Shown here: positions 1 through 11,639 of the stretch, piece after piece
Layout of the letters: each line of letters begins with the position of its first letter
Position numbering within the stretch: position 1 is the first letter of the stretch
Origin: Paraspadella gotoi
Taxonomy: Eukaryota > Animalia > Chaetognatha
Assembly (NCBI GenBank): GCA_051294375.1
Contig: JBJCIZ010001605.1
Coordinates: 1 to 23,539 of the forward strand
Length of the DNA stretch: 23,539 nucleotides
Direction: 5' to 3'
The notes under the pieces: generated by a model
What the model was told of the DNA's origin: nothing
Seen by the model: the letters and a program-made list of their open reading frames with translations, nothing else
Databases searched by the model: none
Position numbers and translations under genes: made by a program

Positions 1-35
1 AAAAGAGAGAAGATGAAGCATTTTAAGCTCTCATC

Positions 36-163
36 GTCTTCTTCTCTTCTTCTTCTTACTTCTTTTACTTCTTCTTCTTCTTCTTCTTCTTCTTGTCTGT
101 TTGTTTGTTGTTGTTGTTTGTTGTTGGTTGTGTTGTTGTTTTGTTGTTGTTGTTGTTGTTGTT
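36..163. repeat. (TTC)n then (GTT)n microsatellite
   Basis: Read directly. Confidence 0.9.
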
Positions 164-164
164 A

Positions 165-330
165 TCGAGACTCGTTTTTCCCCCGACGTCGAATTATCTC
201 TACTTCGATTCGGTGCATCATAAGAACCAGGTGGCAAGCTGGAGGTGCAGGTGCAGATGCCCTGACAGAATAAGAAAAATGGCGCGGGAAACGAGACCAA
301 GGAATCTTTCAGCTCATCTTGATAATAATG
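165..330 (+). CDS. Possible Ig-like domain exon fragment
   Basis: NYLYFDSVHHKNQ..SWRC then KNGAGNETKE.FQLIL in different frames resembles Ig E, F and G strands. Heavily damaged. Confidence 0.3.
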
Positions 331-953
331 AACGTTTCCTCGTACGTCAAGAATAATAGCACGCTTCAAATTTTAAATATTGTTAGTTAAATTCTTTTAA
401 AATAACATAACTTAACATATTGTACAAACTAAAAAATAAAGATAAGGACCAAAAAAAGTTGCTCCCGCTCGCACCATCAAATTTACCGTCGGTAAAACAA
501 CGCAAAAAACCCTTAGTTTTTTTTCGAGGCATTTTCTCGTAACGCCTGCTTTTTCTTCCTGGCTAGACGAGCCTATTTTTATAACCGTCGCAATGGCCAT
601 TTCTGCCTCGCCAAAGGGGACAGGCACTTCGCCCCAGCCCCCTCCACCGCCTTACCCCTTAACCCTACCCACACCATGACCCTCAATCGGCCTTTTGACC
701 GAACGTCGCCCTCTGAAGAAGAAATGGTCTCGATGGTCTTTAGTGTTTCCTTCCGAGGATTAGGGGTAGGGTTCGTGGGGATTAAGGTTGTAGGGTTTGT
801 GGGATGAGGGGTAGAGTTGTGGGGATTAGGGGTAGGGTTCCGTAGGGATTAGGGGTGGGGTTGTGGGGATTAAGGTAATAGATCGTTGGCTGATTAGGGG
901 TAGAGTTCGTAGGGATTAGGGGCAGGTTCATTGGGGATTAGGGGTGTAATCTA

Positions 954-1242
954 TAGTGGTTACAGCTGGTGCGAGCTGTATGAAATTGTTCTGCTGTCCA
1001 CCTTACTATGGCTTCAGAGTGTAAAGTGGTTACAGCTGGGTAGCGAGGCTGCTATGAAATTTTCTGCTGTCCACCTTTACTAATGGCTTCAGATGTAGTG
1101 GGTTAACAGCTGGGTAGCGAGGGCTGGTATTGAAATTTTCCTGCCTGTCCACCTTCTATGGCTCAGAAAGTGTAGTGGTTACATGCTGGGTACCGAGGCT
1201 GCATGAAATTTTCTGCTGTCCACCTTACTATGGCTTCAGAGT
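954..1242. repeat. Tandem repeat, ~70-bp unit x4
   Basis: Unit TAGTGGTTACAGCTGGGTAGCGAGGCTG..TGAAATTTTCTGCTGTCCACCTTACTATGGCTTCAGAG, head to tail without spacers. Confidence 0.9.
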
Positions 1243-1413
1243 GGGTTAGGGTTCGTGGGTTTTTATGGAAGATTCCGGTGGGGATTAGGAGAAAGAGTTT
1301 GTAAAAGATATAGGGGTAGGGTTCGTTTGGATCAGGGGTTAGTGTTCGTGGGACTTAAGGGTAAGTGGTTCGTGGGGATTAGGGGTAGAGTTCGCGGGAT
1401 TAGGTGATAGTAA

Positions 1414-2027
1414 GGCGTAAGTAAAATTTCTAAATTTTAACTTTTATTAAAAATTCTAAAAGTGAGGAACGAACTACACATTATACTAATGACATTTATG
1501 TAATAAAAAAATTTATAATAATTTTAAATTTATGCAGTAGGCCATATTTATACTAGTAGCTAATCGCAATAAATGTTAAAAATTTCAAAACAGTTTTTTT
1601 CTAAGATTTTTTTTGCAGATTGGATTGTCATAAAAATTTATAAAAAAAATATAAACTCTTTAAAAAAATTCTTTCATTAAGTGGGTCAAATAGAAAAAAA
1701 CTATAATTTTAAGCTGGAAAATTACTTTTTATATATTAAATATAGTTTTGTAATTTTTAACCCACTTAATGAAAGAATCTTTTTTAAAAAATGATTTATA
1801 TTTTCTTTTATCAACTCTTGACGAGGAATTCAATCTGCAATCAAAATTTAAGAAAAGGCCTATTTTTGAAATTTTTCTACTTTATAAGGATAAGTACTAT
1901 ATATAAATATAGCCCTACTGCGAAAATTAAAAAACATAAAATTAATTTTTTTAACAAAATTAATGTCCATGATGGTATGTTGTTCATAATTGACCTTTAG
2001 AATTTTCTACGTAACTTTCACTACGCC
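1414..2027. mobile_element. ~610-bp palindromic (foldback) non-autonomous DNA transposon, possibly Kolobok-like
   Basis: Arms pair along their length (GGCGTA/TACGCC ends; GCAGTAGG/CCTACTGC; TTCATTAAGTGGGT/ACCCACTTAATGAA). Flanks are GTAA and TTAA. GG...CC termini with a TTAA target fit Kolobok, but the left flank has one mismatch. Confidence 0.7.
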
Positions 2028-4180
2028 TTAAGTGTATATTTTCGTGGGATAGGTGTAGGGTTCGTGGGGATTAGGGGTAGTGATCGTGGGAAAATTAAGG
2101 GGCAGGGTTCGTGGGGATTAGGGGAAGGAGTTCGTGTAGAATTAGGGGAGGGTTCTAGGAGTTGACAAGGGTTCCTTAAATATTAGGGTTAAATCTAGTT
2201 AAAACATAGAGGATAAGTAATGCTGTATGGCCTTCGGACATATTTTTTTGCCTTTGCAGTTTTTTGTTGGTCATTCGTCCAAGTGCCATTGGACGCCGCA
2301 GGTCAGTTAAAGCTCCCTCCAATTTACTAAAGTTCTTTTTTTTTTCTTTTATCTTAATGTCTTTCTCTTTTGCTCTTTTATTCCCATCTTAACACCGACT
2401 CGTAGAATAGGAAATTGTCGCCATTTGTTTTGTTTTTTTTCAGCGACGACTCGTTGCCTCATTTCGGTCGATTAGGCTTATTTTCATTGGTCGTTGTTTT
2501 ATCTATAAAAAAAAAAATCCTCAAAACTTGATGTTTTTTTTTGTTTCCTAAATTTTTTTCCTTTCCTTTTTTTTTGTTTTCTTCCCTCCCTGTCTTCACT
2601 CATTCCATCCTGTCCATTTCATCTTTTTCTTTCTTTTTTCATCTTCTTCTTTTCCTTCCTCTGTGGCTTTATTCCTTTTTCCTCTTCCCCTCCCATTAAT
2701 TTTCCTAATGAGGCGAGAAGACGTTATGACTCCAAAGATGGAACGGTAGCGCCCCCTAGAAACTCACTGGAGCCTGCCCAGACACTTACGGAAGCGTCTC
2801 ATATGTCACCTGAGATAGCTTTTGAGCGACTTGGGTCCAATCGCCCGTTACCTTTCTCCACTCTGCTCTCTTTCCTTCCTTTGCTTCTTTTGCCTTCGTC
2901 GTCCCTTTTTCCGAACGCATAGATCACGGGCGATTTTCATTCTCATTGCCGAGAAGAATTCTTCTCTCTTCTTTAAGCTTTTAAATCCGTTTTAATTTAA
3001 ACAATAAACAAGAAATATGTTGCGTTTTCAACTAATGACTGGGATAGTACAATGGTTGTACAGTGTAGCAATTTCATTTACACAGAATTTTCTAGTTTGA
3101 AATTGGTAACAAACGCAAATTGAAAATATCATTAGTATTCTCATAAAATTATCCATTCATTCAATAAATAATTTATCTTGAATCCGGACTTTTGAGCAAG
3201 GCTATGGTGGGTTAAATCATACCAGAATAATAACATAGCGGGAAAATGCAATTATCAATCAATGAATCACACACGACCATCTGCAAAATGAAGTTGGTAT
3301 AATATTTAAAAGAATGTTTCTATAGAAAAGCATAAGAATGGAAATTTCTTCTTGACTCTGATGGGTCACAAGAATTGATTAACTCCGAGGGAAATTGATC
3401 GAAACGCGTAATTGAAAAAAATATGAAATGCGGAATGAATTCAAGGTCCGTGGAGTCAGATCTCGATTTTGAATTGAAAGACAGAGCTTTTTGTCAGTGA
3501 CAGAAATAAAGAATGAGAAATGTGAGAGAGAGAAGAGAGTTCAGTTTCTATGAATTGGGAAGAGCAGAGAGAGAGAGAGAGAGAGAGAGAAGCCATTCTT
3601 ACATTTGTCACAGTATCTTTCCTCTCACCCAAAAAAAAAAAATTTTTTGGGGGTCGGAAAAAAACCAGGTTTTGGCGCGCAAATGATCTCGGTCCTTGAC
3701 GGCGTTTTTTCGTGCAAGTCTTCTTTCGTTCCACCTATGTCATCGAAACTCTTACGTTAAAACTTAAAAGGAAATTAATCCCTTTTTATTATTTTTTGCA
3801 CTTCCTAGTTATTTGTTTAATTTAGAGACCATACACTTGGTAATTTTCTTTTAAGCCAGTTTTTTTTATATTAACGAGTTCACGCTATAAAGGTTTAGAG
3901 AGAGAGACCCGGTGTAAAGCGCCTCAACTTCCTTGTAAACGTTGAAATTCAATTTTTTCGAAATAATCATAACCTATTTTACAAAAAGAGGAAAAAGTTG
4001 TTTAAAATAATCAAGACTTCTCACGAAAGAAAGGTAAATTCATTATAAAACTGTTTTCCTTCTTCTTCTCACCCTCGACTCCGTCGCCATCTCTTTCCAT
4101 TCTCGCTCGTTCCACAACTCTAATATACACAACAACAAAAAAGCCGCCGGTGCTTCCGCCGGCGTTTTTTCACTGACGAT

Positions 4181-4296
4181 TACCTAGAGTGACGCCGTGC
4201 GACGAAATTCGGCGTCGCTGAAGGAAGAGCGCCTCTTTGGAATGCCGAACAGTCGAGAACAGGGAAAGAAGCGGCCGGAGGAGACGTCTTTTCGTG
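4181..4296 (+). CDS. Probable exon, N-terminal half of an Ig-like domain
   Basis: RVTP..VAEG.SASLECR...DVFSW across frameshifts. The Trp codon can be split at TG|gtacat and completed by ccag|G at 4545. Confidence 0.5.
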
Positions 4297-4544
4297 GTAC
4301 ATGAAAAGAAAAGAAAAAAGAAGAAAGATGAGAAGAAGAAAAAAAAGGAGAAAAGAAAAAAATAAAAAGAAGAAAAAATAGTAAGAAAGAAAGAGCAGAA
4401 AAAAAAAGATTGTAAAAAAAAAAAAGGGAGCGGTGGGCAATAAAACGGGCGAACATGTGCCGCTCAGTTCTCGCCCGCCTTTCTATCACCCCTCCACGCC
4501 CCACTGGTCCCCTCTCTTACTCCTTCCACCGCCAAAACGTCCAG

Positions 4545-4661
4545 GTTCCAAAAGAAGGATATAAAACCTCCAGCCCTCCTTCAGTCCAGTGAGATTCGAC
4601 GACCTTACCAAAGCGGACACCCTCATCTTCAAGAACACTTCCGACGCCGAGCAAAACGCAG
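4545..4661 (+). CDS. Probable exon, middle of an Ig-like domain
   Basis: CAG acceptor after a pyrimidine-rich stretch; (W)FQKKD... then DTLIFKNTSDAEQNAG, resembling Ig E-F strands. One frameshift needed. Confidence 0.4.
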
Positions 4662-4879
4662 GAATAGGCGGCCCGCCCCTACCTCCCCCCCTCCAATTTA
4701 TGGTTCACTTGGTTGTAATTTTTCAGAAATGATATTGTATGTAAATATAGTTTATAGGAGATTTTATGCATTAAGCTGATAAAATTAAAAATCACATTAA
4801 ATCGAAAAATTACTAAAAAATACGCTGTTGTCACTATATCAATTCATATTAAAATACAAAAGTCGGTCAGAAATATGCG

Positions 4880-5059
4880 TATCAGCAGTGCGCGTACACG
4901 CGAATGCCGCACCTCCCCTCGTATATTCCGTGCGTGACGCCGGCGACTCCATGTGCAGGCAGATACGTTTGCGAGTTGTTCCGATTCGACGAGGAAGACG
5001 GCCCGACCCCACGGCCGGCCGCCTCCGTCGTCATGGTGAACCGCGGGAGCGGCAGTAGA
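4880..5059 (+). CDS. Probable exon, C-terminal part of an Ig-like domain
   Basis: YIPCVTPA...AGRYVCEL (4955-4978) fits the Ig DxGxYxC motif; GC-rich island in AT-rich DNA. Confidence 0.5.
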
Positions 5060-5661
5060 TGGCGCGAAGGTTGGCTGGTGGAGAGGTGGTATCGATGGCG
5101 TTGGGGGAGTTGGCGGTGATTAGTTGAAGTCGAAGAGGGGGGCGGCCTCGAACTGCGGAACCTTCGCCGTTCAAAAATCTTAATGTATCCAAGAGATGCC
5201 GTGCAGTATTAAAGTTCTTTTAAATAATTGAATGTATTTGCCGAAAAAATTTTTTATATTAATTTTTGTTGTGTGAAATTTCGATTTTTTGGTGGGAAAA
5301 AAAAAAAAATTAGGACGCGCGTCTTAATTAATGCCTCATTAAAAAACGAAACGCTTCCGCTTAGCGATTAACAAATGTTTGGGCGAGAAATAATTTTCGG
5401 CCGCTTTTATTGGTCGCGTTTCTTTAATATTTTTTTTTCCGTTTCCTGACAATTTCAATTTTTTTTTTCTTGCAATGATCCATTTTTTTCCAATTTTTTT
5501 GTATAATTTTGTTTGCGTTTTTTTGTTGTTGTATTTTTTTTTGTTGAGAATTTTTTTCGCCGACGAAAATTTATCTTTTTCCTCTGACGGGAAATTGTGT
5601 GGGGACATAAACTTTTGTCCTTCCATTTGGCTAAGGCCAATTGTGCTAAGAAATCTTTCGG

Positions 5662-6019
5662 CTCTCTCTCTCTCTCGACTCTCTCTCTCTCTCCTCTCTC
5701 TCTCTTTCCTTCTATCTCTCTCTCTCTCTCTCTCCTCTCTCCCCCTCTAAAACTTTCCAAAAATATTAGATATGGGAGAAAAGGGGACCAATATTATTGA
5801 ATAAACAAAACAAGATCACTAACGACACCTAGCGAAGTTTCTGTATCCCCTTTTCGCTCAGCAAAAATTTTCGCTGGCAAAAGTCCCTTTATCGTTATTG
5901 CCACCAAACGCACGCCGGGTTCTTTTTAAAGTTCCATGATGTGAAAAGCTTTCAAGTCCTCTCTCTCTCTTCTCTCATCTCTCTCTCTCTCGTCTCTATC
6001 TCTCTCATCTCTCTCTCTC
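5662..6019. repeat. (CT)n microsatellites at ~5662-5748 and ~5958-6019
   Basis: Read directly. Confidence 0.9.
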
Positions 6020-6212
6020 GTTTATTCCGCCTCGCAGCGTCTCACAGCTCGTTAAACTTTTTTATTTCCATTTAAAAGAAAAGGTCTCCCATAAAAAGAG
6101 TACGAAAAAAACTAAAGTTGCTATAAAAATAAATATTAATGTTGGTTTAAATTCGCGCAGGTTTGTGGAAAGCGCGCGAAATCGAGAATTCCCCACTAGG
6201 TCACCGACTTCA

Positions 6213-6475
6213 CCCCCTTCCAGCTCCCTTACCCACAACACTCGCCAAGTCCTCACCTCCTTAAGTCTAATCACATTCAGCTTTTTCTCCCTTCGCCCCC
6301 CCTTGCCACTCCTTAGCCTACACAACCCTCACAAGTCCTTCACCGCTCCTTAGCTAAATCACATTCCTTCTTTCACCCTTAGCCCCCCTTCCAGCTCCCC
6401 TTACCCACAAACCCTCACAAGTCCCTCACAAAGTCCCTCACAAGTCCTCACCTCCTTAAGGCTAATCACATTCCC
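6213..6475. repeat. C-rich tandem repeat, ~85-bp unit x3
   Basis: CCCCCTTCCAGCTCCCTTACCCACAAC...CAAGTCCTCACCTCCTTAAG.CTAATCACATTC repeated three times. Confidence 0.8.
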
Positions 6476-6673
6476 TTCTTTCTCATTCAATTAACTCACG
6501 TTTCTTCTCTTCTTCCAACTCAACACACAGTTTTTTCTTACTTTTTTTATCTTTTTTTTTTCACATAAAATCCCCAAGCGATGACCTCTCAGAATTCCAA
6601 CTTCTAATATATTTCCACTCCAGGACCCTCCCATCCACACCCCCTCGCTCCACCTCCCGCTTACCACTCCCAG

Positions 6674-6802
6674 GTGTGGCGTCTCCTTGCGGCTCCGACG
6701 AAGTTTTTTCCTGCGTCCGATACAAAAAATGCGTCGCTAAATTCGGCCAAGTGTGGACGGTTACGACGATTGCGACGATGGCAGCCGACGAATTCGATTG
6801 TC
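6674..6802 (+). CDS. Exon encoding an LDL-receptor class A repeat (with indels)
   Basis: Pyrimidine tract and CAG acceptor; SPCGSDE.FSCVRYKKCV....KC.DGYDDCDDGS.DEFDC across frameshifts; GTAAGT donor one base after the last Cys codon. Confidence 0.8.
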
Positions 6803-7222
6803 GTAAGTTTGTTTCTTTTCAATTGTTTTTTTTTTTTGTTCCGTTGTGTTTTTTGTTTTGCGGTTTTTTTTTTATAATTTTTTTAGAGAGTATGTTTTTG
6901 ATTCGTTTTTCCTCTTCGACTTTTCGTCGTTTTTAAAAAAACTCGAAACGATCGCTTGGAGAAAAATCGGGTTTTTCTATACTATTTGTTTTTTGTTATT
7001 AATAATAGTTTTGGTCTAATTCCGTAGGCTTGATTGAGAAACTTTTTGAGCGTATTTTAAATATCTTCGTCAAGATTTTAATATTCTAAGGCAGTCAATT
7101 AGTTTTTTTTTAAATATTTTTTAAAAATGTAAAACATTTCACATTTTAAACACAAATAAAACGATTTTGGCTATATATAGGTTTTTTTATTTTGTTAATT
7201 TCCTTTCATTTCGTTGGTATAA

Positions 7223-7430
7223 TTCAAACAAGAAAAAAGATTGGTTTTTCGCAAAACGAATTTTAGATTTTTAATTGGCATACATGTTTTCGAATAGTTT
7301 TTTATTCATCGTCAGTGCAAAAACATTTTAAAATGAAATTGCAAGTTGAGGCAATGTTTCTAGCTCGAAAACATGTATGCAAATTAAAACATAAATTCGT
7401 TAGAAAAACCAATCTTTTTCTCTTGTTGAA
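7223..7430. mobile_element. ~210-bp MITE-like inverted repeat
   Basis: ~70-bp arms: AAAAAGATTGGTTTTTC..GCATACATGTTTTCGA versus TCGAAAACATGTATGC..GAAAAACCAATCTTTTT. Confidence 0.75.
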
Positions 7431-7466
7431 AAGTTTTTTATTATAAATGTATTTGTTAGTCTCCTG

Positions 7467-8057
7467 TTTTTTAGACGGATTCTGCTTATGGCAAGAATTA
7501 CGGCTCTATATTACTGTGTCGGTCTCCGTCCCCTCCCCAATAATTGTTCGTAAAGTCATTTAAATCAAAGTCAGTAAACATCGAATTATGATAAATTATG
7601 CAAAAAAATTGAAGTCCATCCACTTCCGTCGTTCTGTCTGTCCTGTCTGTCTGTTTGTCTGTCCGTCCGTCATTACGCTTTGAAACGCCTATTACTTATG
7701 TTGTGTTGGGCGATGACTGGAAATTTTGGTATGTGGGTTAGGTAAGAGTGTATTGAAGCTGGAAATCAAGTTCCGATGGAAATCGTCCAAGGAAATAAGT
7801 TAAAAAATGGGAGAAAACAAAAAAAATAATATTTCACTATTTGGTTATGCTTTTTTTAGGTTAAATTTAATTATAATTAATTTTGGGATCAAGATTGTGG
7901 TTTGCGATTTGAGAGGCGAGGACAAAGTGGAAAATCTCTTGATTTTGTCCACGAAGATTAAAAATATTAATATTATTTAAATTATAAATTATTAATTAAC
8001 TATCTGATCAAGTCTGCTCCATCGCTAATGATCGGTGGGCAGATCCGGCCATTTGTT
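7467..8057 (+). mobile_element. DINE-1/HINE-like non-autonomous Helentron-type element
   Basis: T-rich start, subterminal inverted motifs CGGATTCTGC / GCAGATCCG, internal (GTCY)n microsatellite (~7635-7671), and a 3' hairpin TCTGCTCCATCG..CGGTGGGCAGA before a T-rich end. Confidence 0.5.
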
Positions 8058-8755
8058 GCTCATAAAACTGTTAAATCACTAACGACGATACGGAACTAGA
8101 TGAGCGTAAATTGGCTCTTGGCGCTTCGTCAACGTGAAGCCGTAGAGCGTCCGGTGGCGCCATTCCTCTTTCATCGCCTCACACCACAGTAGATTTTTTC
8201 CCCACCCTCTACACCGAAAAAAAGCTTTATCTTCCTAGTTAGCGGATCGGAGATTTCCCAGTATGAAATAAATAAAAGTAACAAAAGTACGTAAAAAAAA
8301 AAAAAAGTTAGAAAACTTTTTTGGCGGAAGTTGTGTTCGCTTGTTTTTTCCATTTTTAGTTTTTTAACTCGATTTTTTTATTTTCATTTCCGAAATTTTC
8401 CCCCTTACCCACCCGCGTTGCCCATAGATCCCTTTGTGGGATATTTTTTACTTTTATTTTTTTTTTGGTTTGAAACGCTTTTTTGGAACCGCTCATCCGC
8501 CCCGCCCGGCTTTCATCTTTTATTGTATTCGTTTAAAACCGGCTTCCTTAAATTTCGTCATCGCCGAACCGGTAACCGGTGATAACACTTTAACCGTTTC
8601 ACTGACTGTCGACTCTTAACTCAGTTTGGCGTCTCGATCCGTGGTCAAATCGACAAATCTTTTTCAACAATAACAATCCACTCACATTCACTCGTTCACT
8701 GAAAACGTTTCTATCCTCCGAAGCACTGGTTCGATCGCCACCGGCAAGGAACTAG

Positions 8756-9077
8756 AAGAATGAAACTGTTGAGCCGGGAGGATCCAGAATCGGGAACCAG
8801 AGCGGGAACCAGAGCCGGAACCGAGCCGGACCAGAACGACTCGGACCAGGATCTACTTCTAATACCGATCCTGGTTATCCGCCGGCTTCTGGGTCTTGCC
8901 TGATTCAAGACTCCGCGACTCGGGATCCGGCCCGGAATTCCGGGTTCTTTGCCCACGGACCGGACCCCGACTGCGTTTCCGCGAATTCCGAATGCGAACG
9001 TGGCACCTGCATCGGCGAAGACAAACAGTGCGACTACGAAGCCAATTGTCCGGACGAGACGGACGAGAGAGATTGTC
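8756..9077 (+). CDS. Exon with Pro/Gly/acidic linker and an LDLa repeat
   Basis: Stop-free frame ending CVSANSECERGTCIGEDKQCDYEANCPDETDERDC (8972-9076), then a phase-1 GTAAGT donor at 9078. Exon start uncertain. Confidence 0.85.
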
Positions 9078-10159
9078 GTAAGTCGAAAACGTGCCGCAGT
9101 CAAACAAATGGAATCTCAACGAGAGCTATTTCATATTTAATATTTAAATTTAAAGTTTCCAACTAAAAATGTTAAAGTAGAGAAGATCGTCCTGTTAGTG
9201 AATCTTTAAAGCAATCGTTAATTGAAAGATGATCGAACCAAATCACCCCAGTGTCGTTTGACATGAAACGCCAAACAAATCGTTTTTCATGAGTAACTTC
9301 TCATAGTAATTTCCTGAGGAAGTTCACACCAAATCATAAGCCTTTGTCAGAAATCATAGATAACTTTCACACCTGGCACTTTAGCAATATAGGCCATCAA
9401 AGAAATCAAACTCCAAACCATCTTCTCATCTTCAACAATTTACGCCATTTAATTAACGTATTTAGTTAACAGTAATACATAGTTACGCACGGCCGCTCGG
9501 CACTTCCATCCGCTCGCGCATTTACGCATGACCCCGAAACGAGCGCCCCTCAACGAATTTAATCTAACGACATATGTATAAATATATTTTTATCTAATAC
9601 TACATAATAATTGTTTAATTGTAGAATATTACTAAATAGCCTGGTTTAATGAACCATATAAATAACTTCATTTAAATTGTATTATTCCCCGATTAATTAG
9701 AACAAAGTCACCAACTACGAAATACGGCCCTCCTCCAAAAAAAAAATTTGCGGTGAATTTCTTTATCTCTTTTTTAGCATCTTGTAGAGTTTGTGTTTTG
9801 TTGAGACCGGAGCATTGTGTACCGCATCAAATTGTGCCTTCGTTTCGCGATGTAACTCACCCGTTCCGATTTCCCGCCATTTAAAGCTACCTCATTGACG
9901 AATGCCTCACCTTCCTTTGTTTTGAATTTTTCCGCGCGAACTCTCGTCTCTCTCTATTTCCCATTTCCCGCTCCGCCTCCGCCCATTCCCGCTCCGAATT
10001 CCATCGCCACATATTTTGTTCCCCACCCGCGTTCATTCCCCCCATTTTCGCCACCGCTCACCCTTCACCCCGCGCACCCACCAAACATCGCCCAGCCCCC
10101 CCCTCCCGCCTCCTACCTTCCCCATACATCGTTCCCTCCCGCCACCGACCTTTCCGTCG

Positions 10160-10274
10160 GCGGTGTCCGTCGGGCCAGTCGCCCTGCGAGACGGGCGGTG
10201 TTTCAGCGCCGGGCAGCGGTGCGAGGCGGGCGCGTGACAGTGCGCACCCGGGATCGAACGAAGCTCGGATGCCC
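10160..10274 (+). CDS. Exon encoding a third LDLa repeat (indel-damaged)
   Basis: CPSGQSPC / DGRCFSAGQRCE / GSNEA..C in shifting frames, after a long pyrimidine tract and followed by GTGA. Confidence 0.65.
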
Positions 10275-10574
10275 GTGATCTCTGCGGAGCGAGTTGTTTT
10301 TTTTGGGGGGGGGACGGGAATGTTTTTGGGAATGGTGTTTTGTGTTTCGTGGTCAATTGAAGGGTTAATTCTATGTTGAGAGGGAGGTGTAGTCCGGGCA
10401 TTGCCTAGGTTACCTGCCTAGAATCATTGACAACTTTCAGTTGTGGTCATTGAGTAAAGCCATCAGCTCATAGACCCACTAGGTACCGGGTTCAATCCGC
10501 AACCGCGGTACCTACCTGCGGGAAGAGCGTGAAGGACGGTCCGTAAGACCGCCTTGGGGGCATGGCAAGCCCTC

Positions 10575-10669
10575 AAGCCTGTTCCAAGCCAGGGACCCGG
10601 TTCCATGGCTGCTAGAGGGGGTTATAGGAAGTTTACGGGACAGTCATCCTTCAGCCCACGTAGCGCCTT
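10575..10669 (+). ncRNA. Twister-ribozyme-like motif (P3-type permutation), imperfect
   Basis: P4 CCTG-TTCCAAGC-CAGG, P2 GCTA/TAGC, GAGGG strand, P1 GGTTATAGGA/TCCTTCAGCC (8 of 10 pairs), GC for pseudoknot 2. The cleavage strand reads CACG instead of UAA. Confidence 0.5.
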
Positions 10670-11639
10670 ATCCACAGAGGTTGGTCAGAGAGAAAATAAA
10701 TTGTTTGCCCTCACGAATTTGCTCAGGATTGCTTTCTTGCGTTGCTGTTTTTCCTAACAGATCATGAAGTTGATCCTACTAAATTAACTTAATGAACTCG
10801 AACCTCAATTCGAAAGGCGGAGAAGCCACCGTAATTTTTTCGCTCTCCCTACATCTAAAAATAGCCGCTCGTGACAATTTCTTCCCTGCTTTATGGAGGC
10901 CCAGGATCGAGCTCTCTCCGGCTCCTGTTTTTTGGCCCCTGAGTTGAGAAAAAAGAAAGGAGGAATTAATTTTTATGGTCGCTGATAGAAACGTGCCGTT
11001 CGTTTAATGCGGTTGCGAAGCTTTCGTCTTTCGCGAAAAGAACTTGTGGAAACAAGTGTCTCGCTTTTGGTTCCATGGGAGGTTATTTTTAGTTCTTCGT
11101 AATTTGTTTTTTGTTTTGGGTTTTATTTGTGTTTTTTTTTCAGACTTGAACCCAAATTGTTTTGTTATTTCTATTTTTTACCCAATTGTATTTTCATTTA
11201 CATTTTACATTTTTTTAATTGTGTCACTTTGGAGATAAGAGAATTGTTTTTTTTTTTTTTTTGTTTTCAGCAACGAAGTTATCGAAAAAGAAAGAAAGCA
11301 AATATATACCATTGTGCCACTATATGGTACGTAACTTATTTTCTTCATACCTGTGCTCTCTGTTAAGCAACACTCATCACTATCTTCTACGCCAAAATGT
11401 TATTCTCACTGCAACCATGCGCCATCTTTTCTCCTCAAAACTGCGCCATCTTAACCCCAGCCAATCCCTCGATGCGTCAAATCATCATCAGTCATTGCCG
11501 CTTCCTCATTTCCCTCCTTCTCTTCTTCTCATTTCATCCTTCTTCTTCTTCTCATTTCTTCCTTCTTTCCCTCGTTGATGAATCTCGTCGTCTATCGTTA
11601 AAAATAAGGGGAAAAGCAAAAAATAATGCTCGATCCTGG

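Larger units (their letters stand above)
756..2190. repeat. G-rich ~22-bp minisatellite (GATTAGGGGTAGGGTTCGTGGG) in three blocks: ~756-946, ~1243-1405, ~2040-2190
   Basis: Degenerate tandem units read directly; interrupted by two other repeats. Confidence 0.85.

Noticed and set aside
13-369. Short ORFs with poly-S/C/T/R
   Set aside because: Translations of trinucleotide microsatellites.
954-1242. CRISPR-like array
   Set aside because: Units are head-to-tail with no unique spacers, there are no cas genes, and the context is eukaryotic.
756-1405. Telomeric repeat
   Set aside because: TTAGGG occurs only as part of a degenerate 22-bp unit, not as a pure array.
2707-2850. Short stop-free GC-richer stretch (EARRRYDSKDG...)
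   Set aside because: No domain motif or convincing splice sites; cannot be supported as an exon.
4137-4170. GC hairpin followed by a T-run resembling an intrinsic terminator
   Set aside because: Eukaryotic DNA next to a probable exon; no bacterial gene context.
5308-5329. 22-bp near-perfect palindrome AATTAGGACGCGCGTCTTAATT
   Set aside because: Isolated and short, with no associated element or function evident.
10383-10400. GGAGGTGTAGTCCGGGC resembling the RNase P RNA 5' conserved motif
   Set aside because: The match is imperfect and I found no complementary 3' conserved strand.
10440-10510. tRNA gene
   Set aside because: A B-box is present, but I could not build convincing D and anticodon arms. 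Kept only as a possible SINE-like head.
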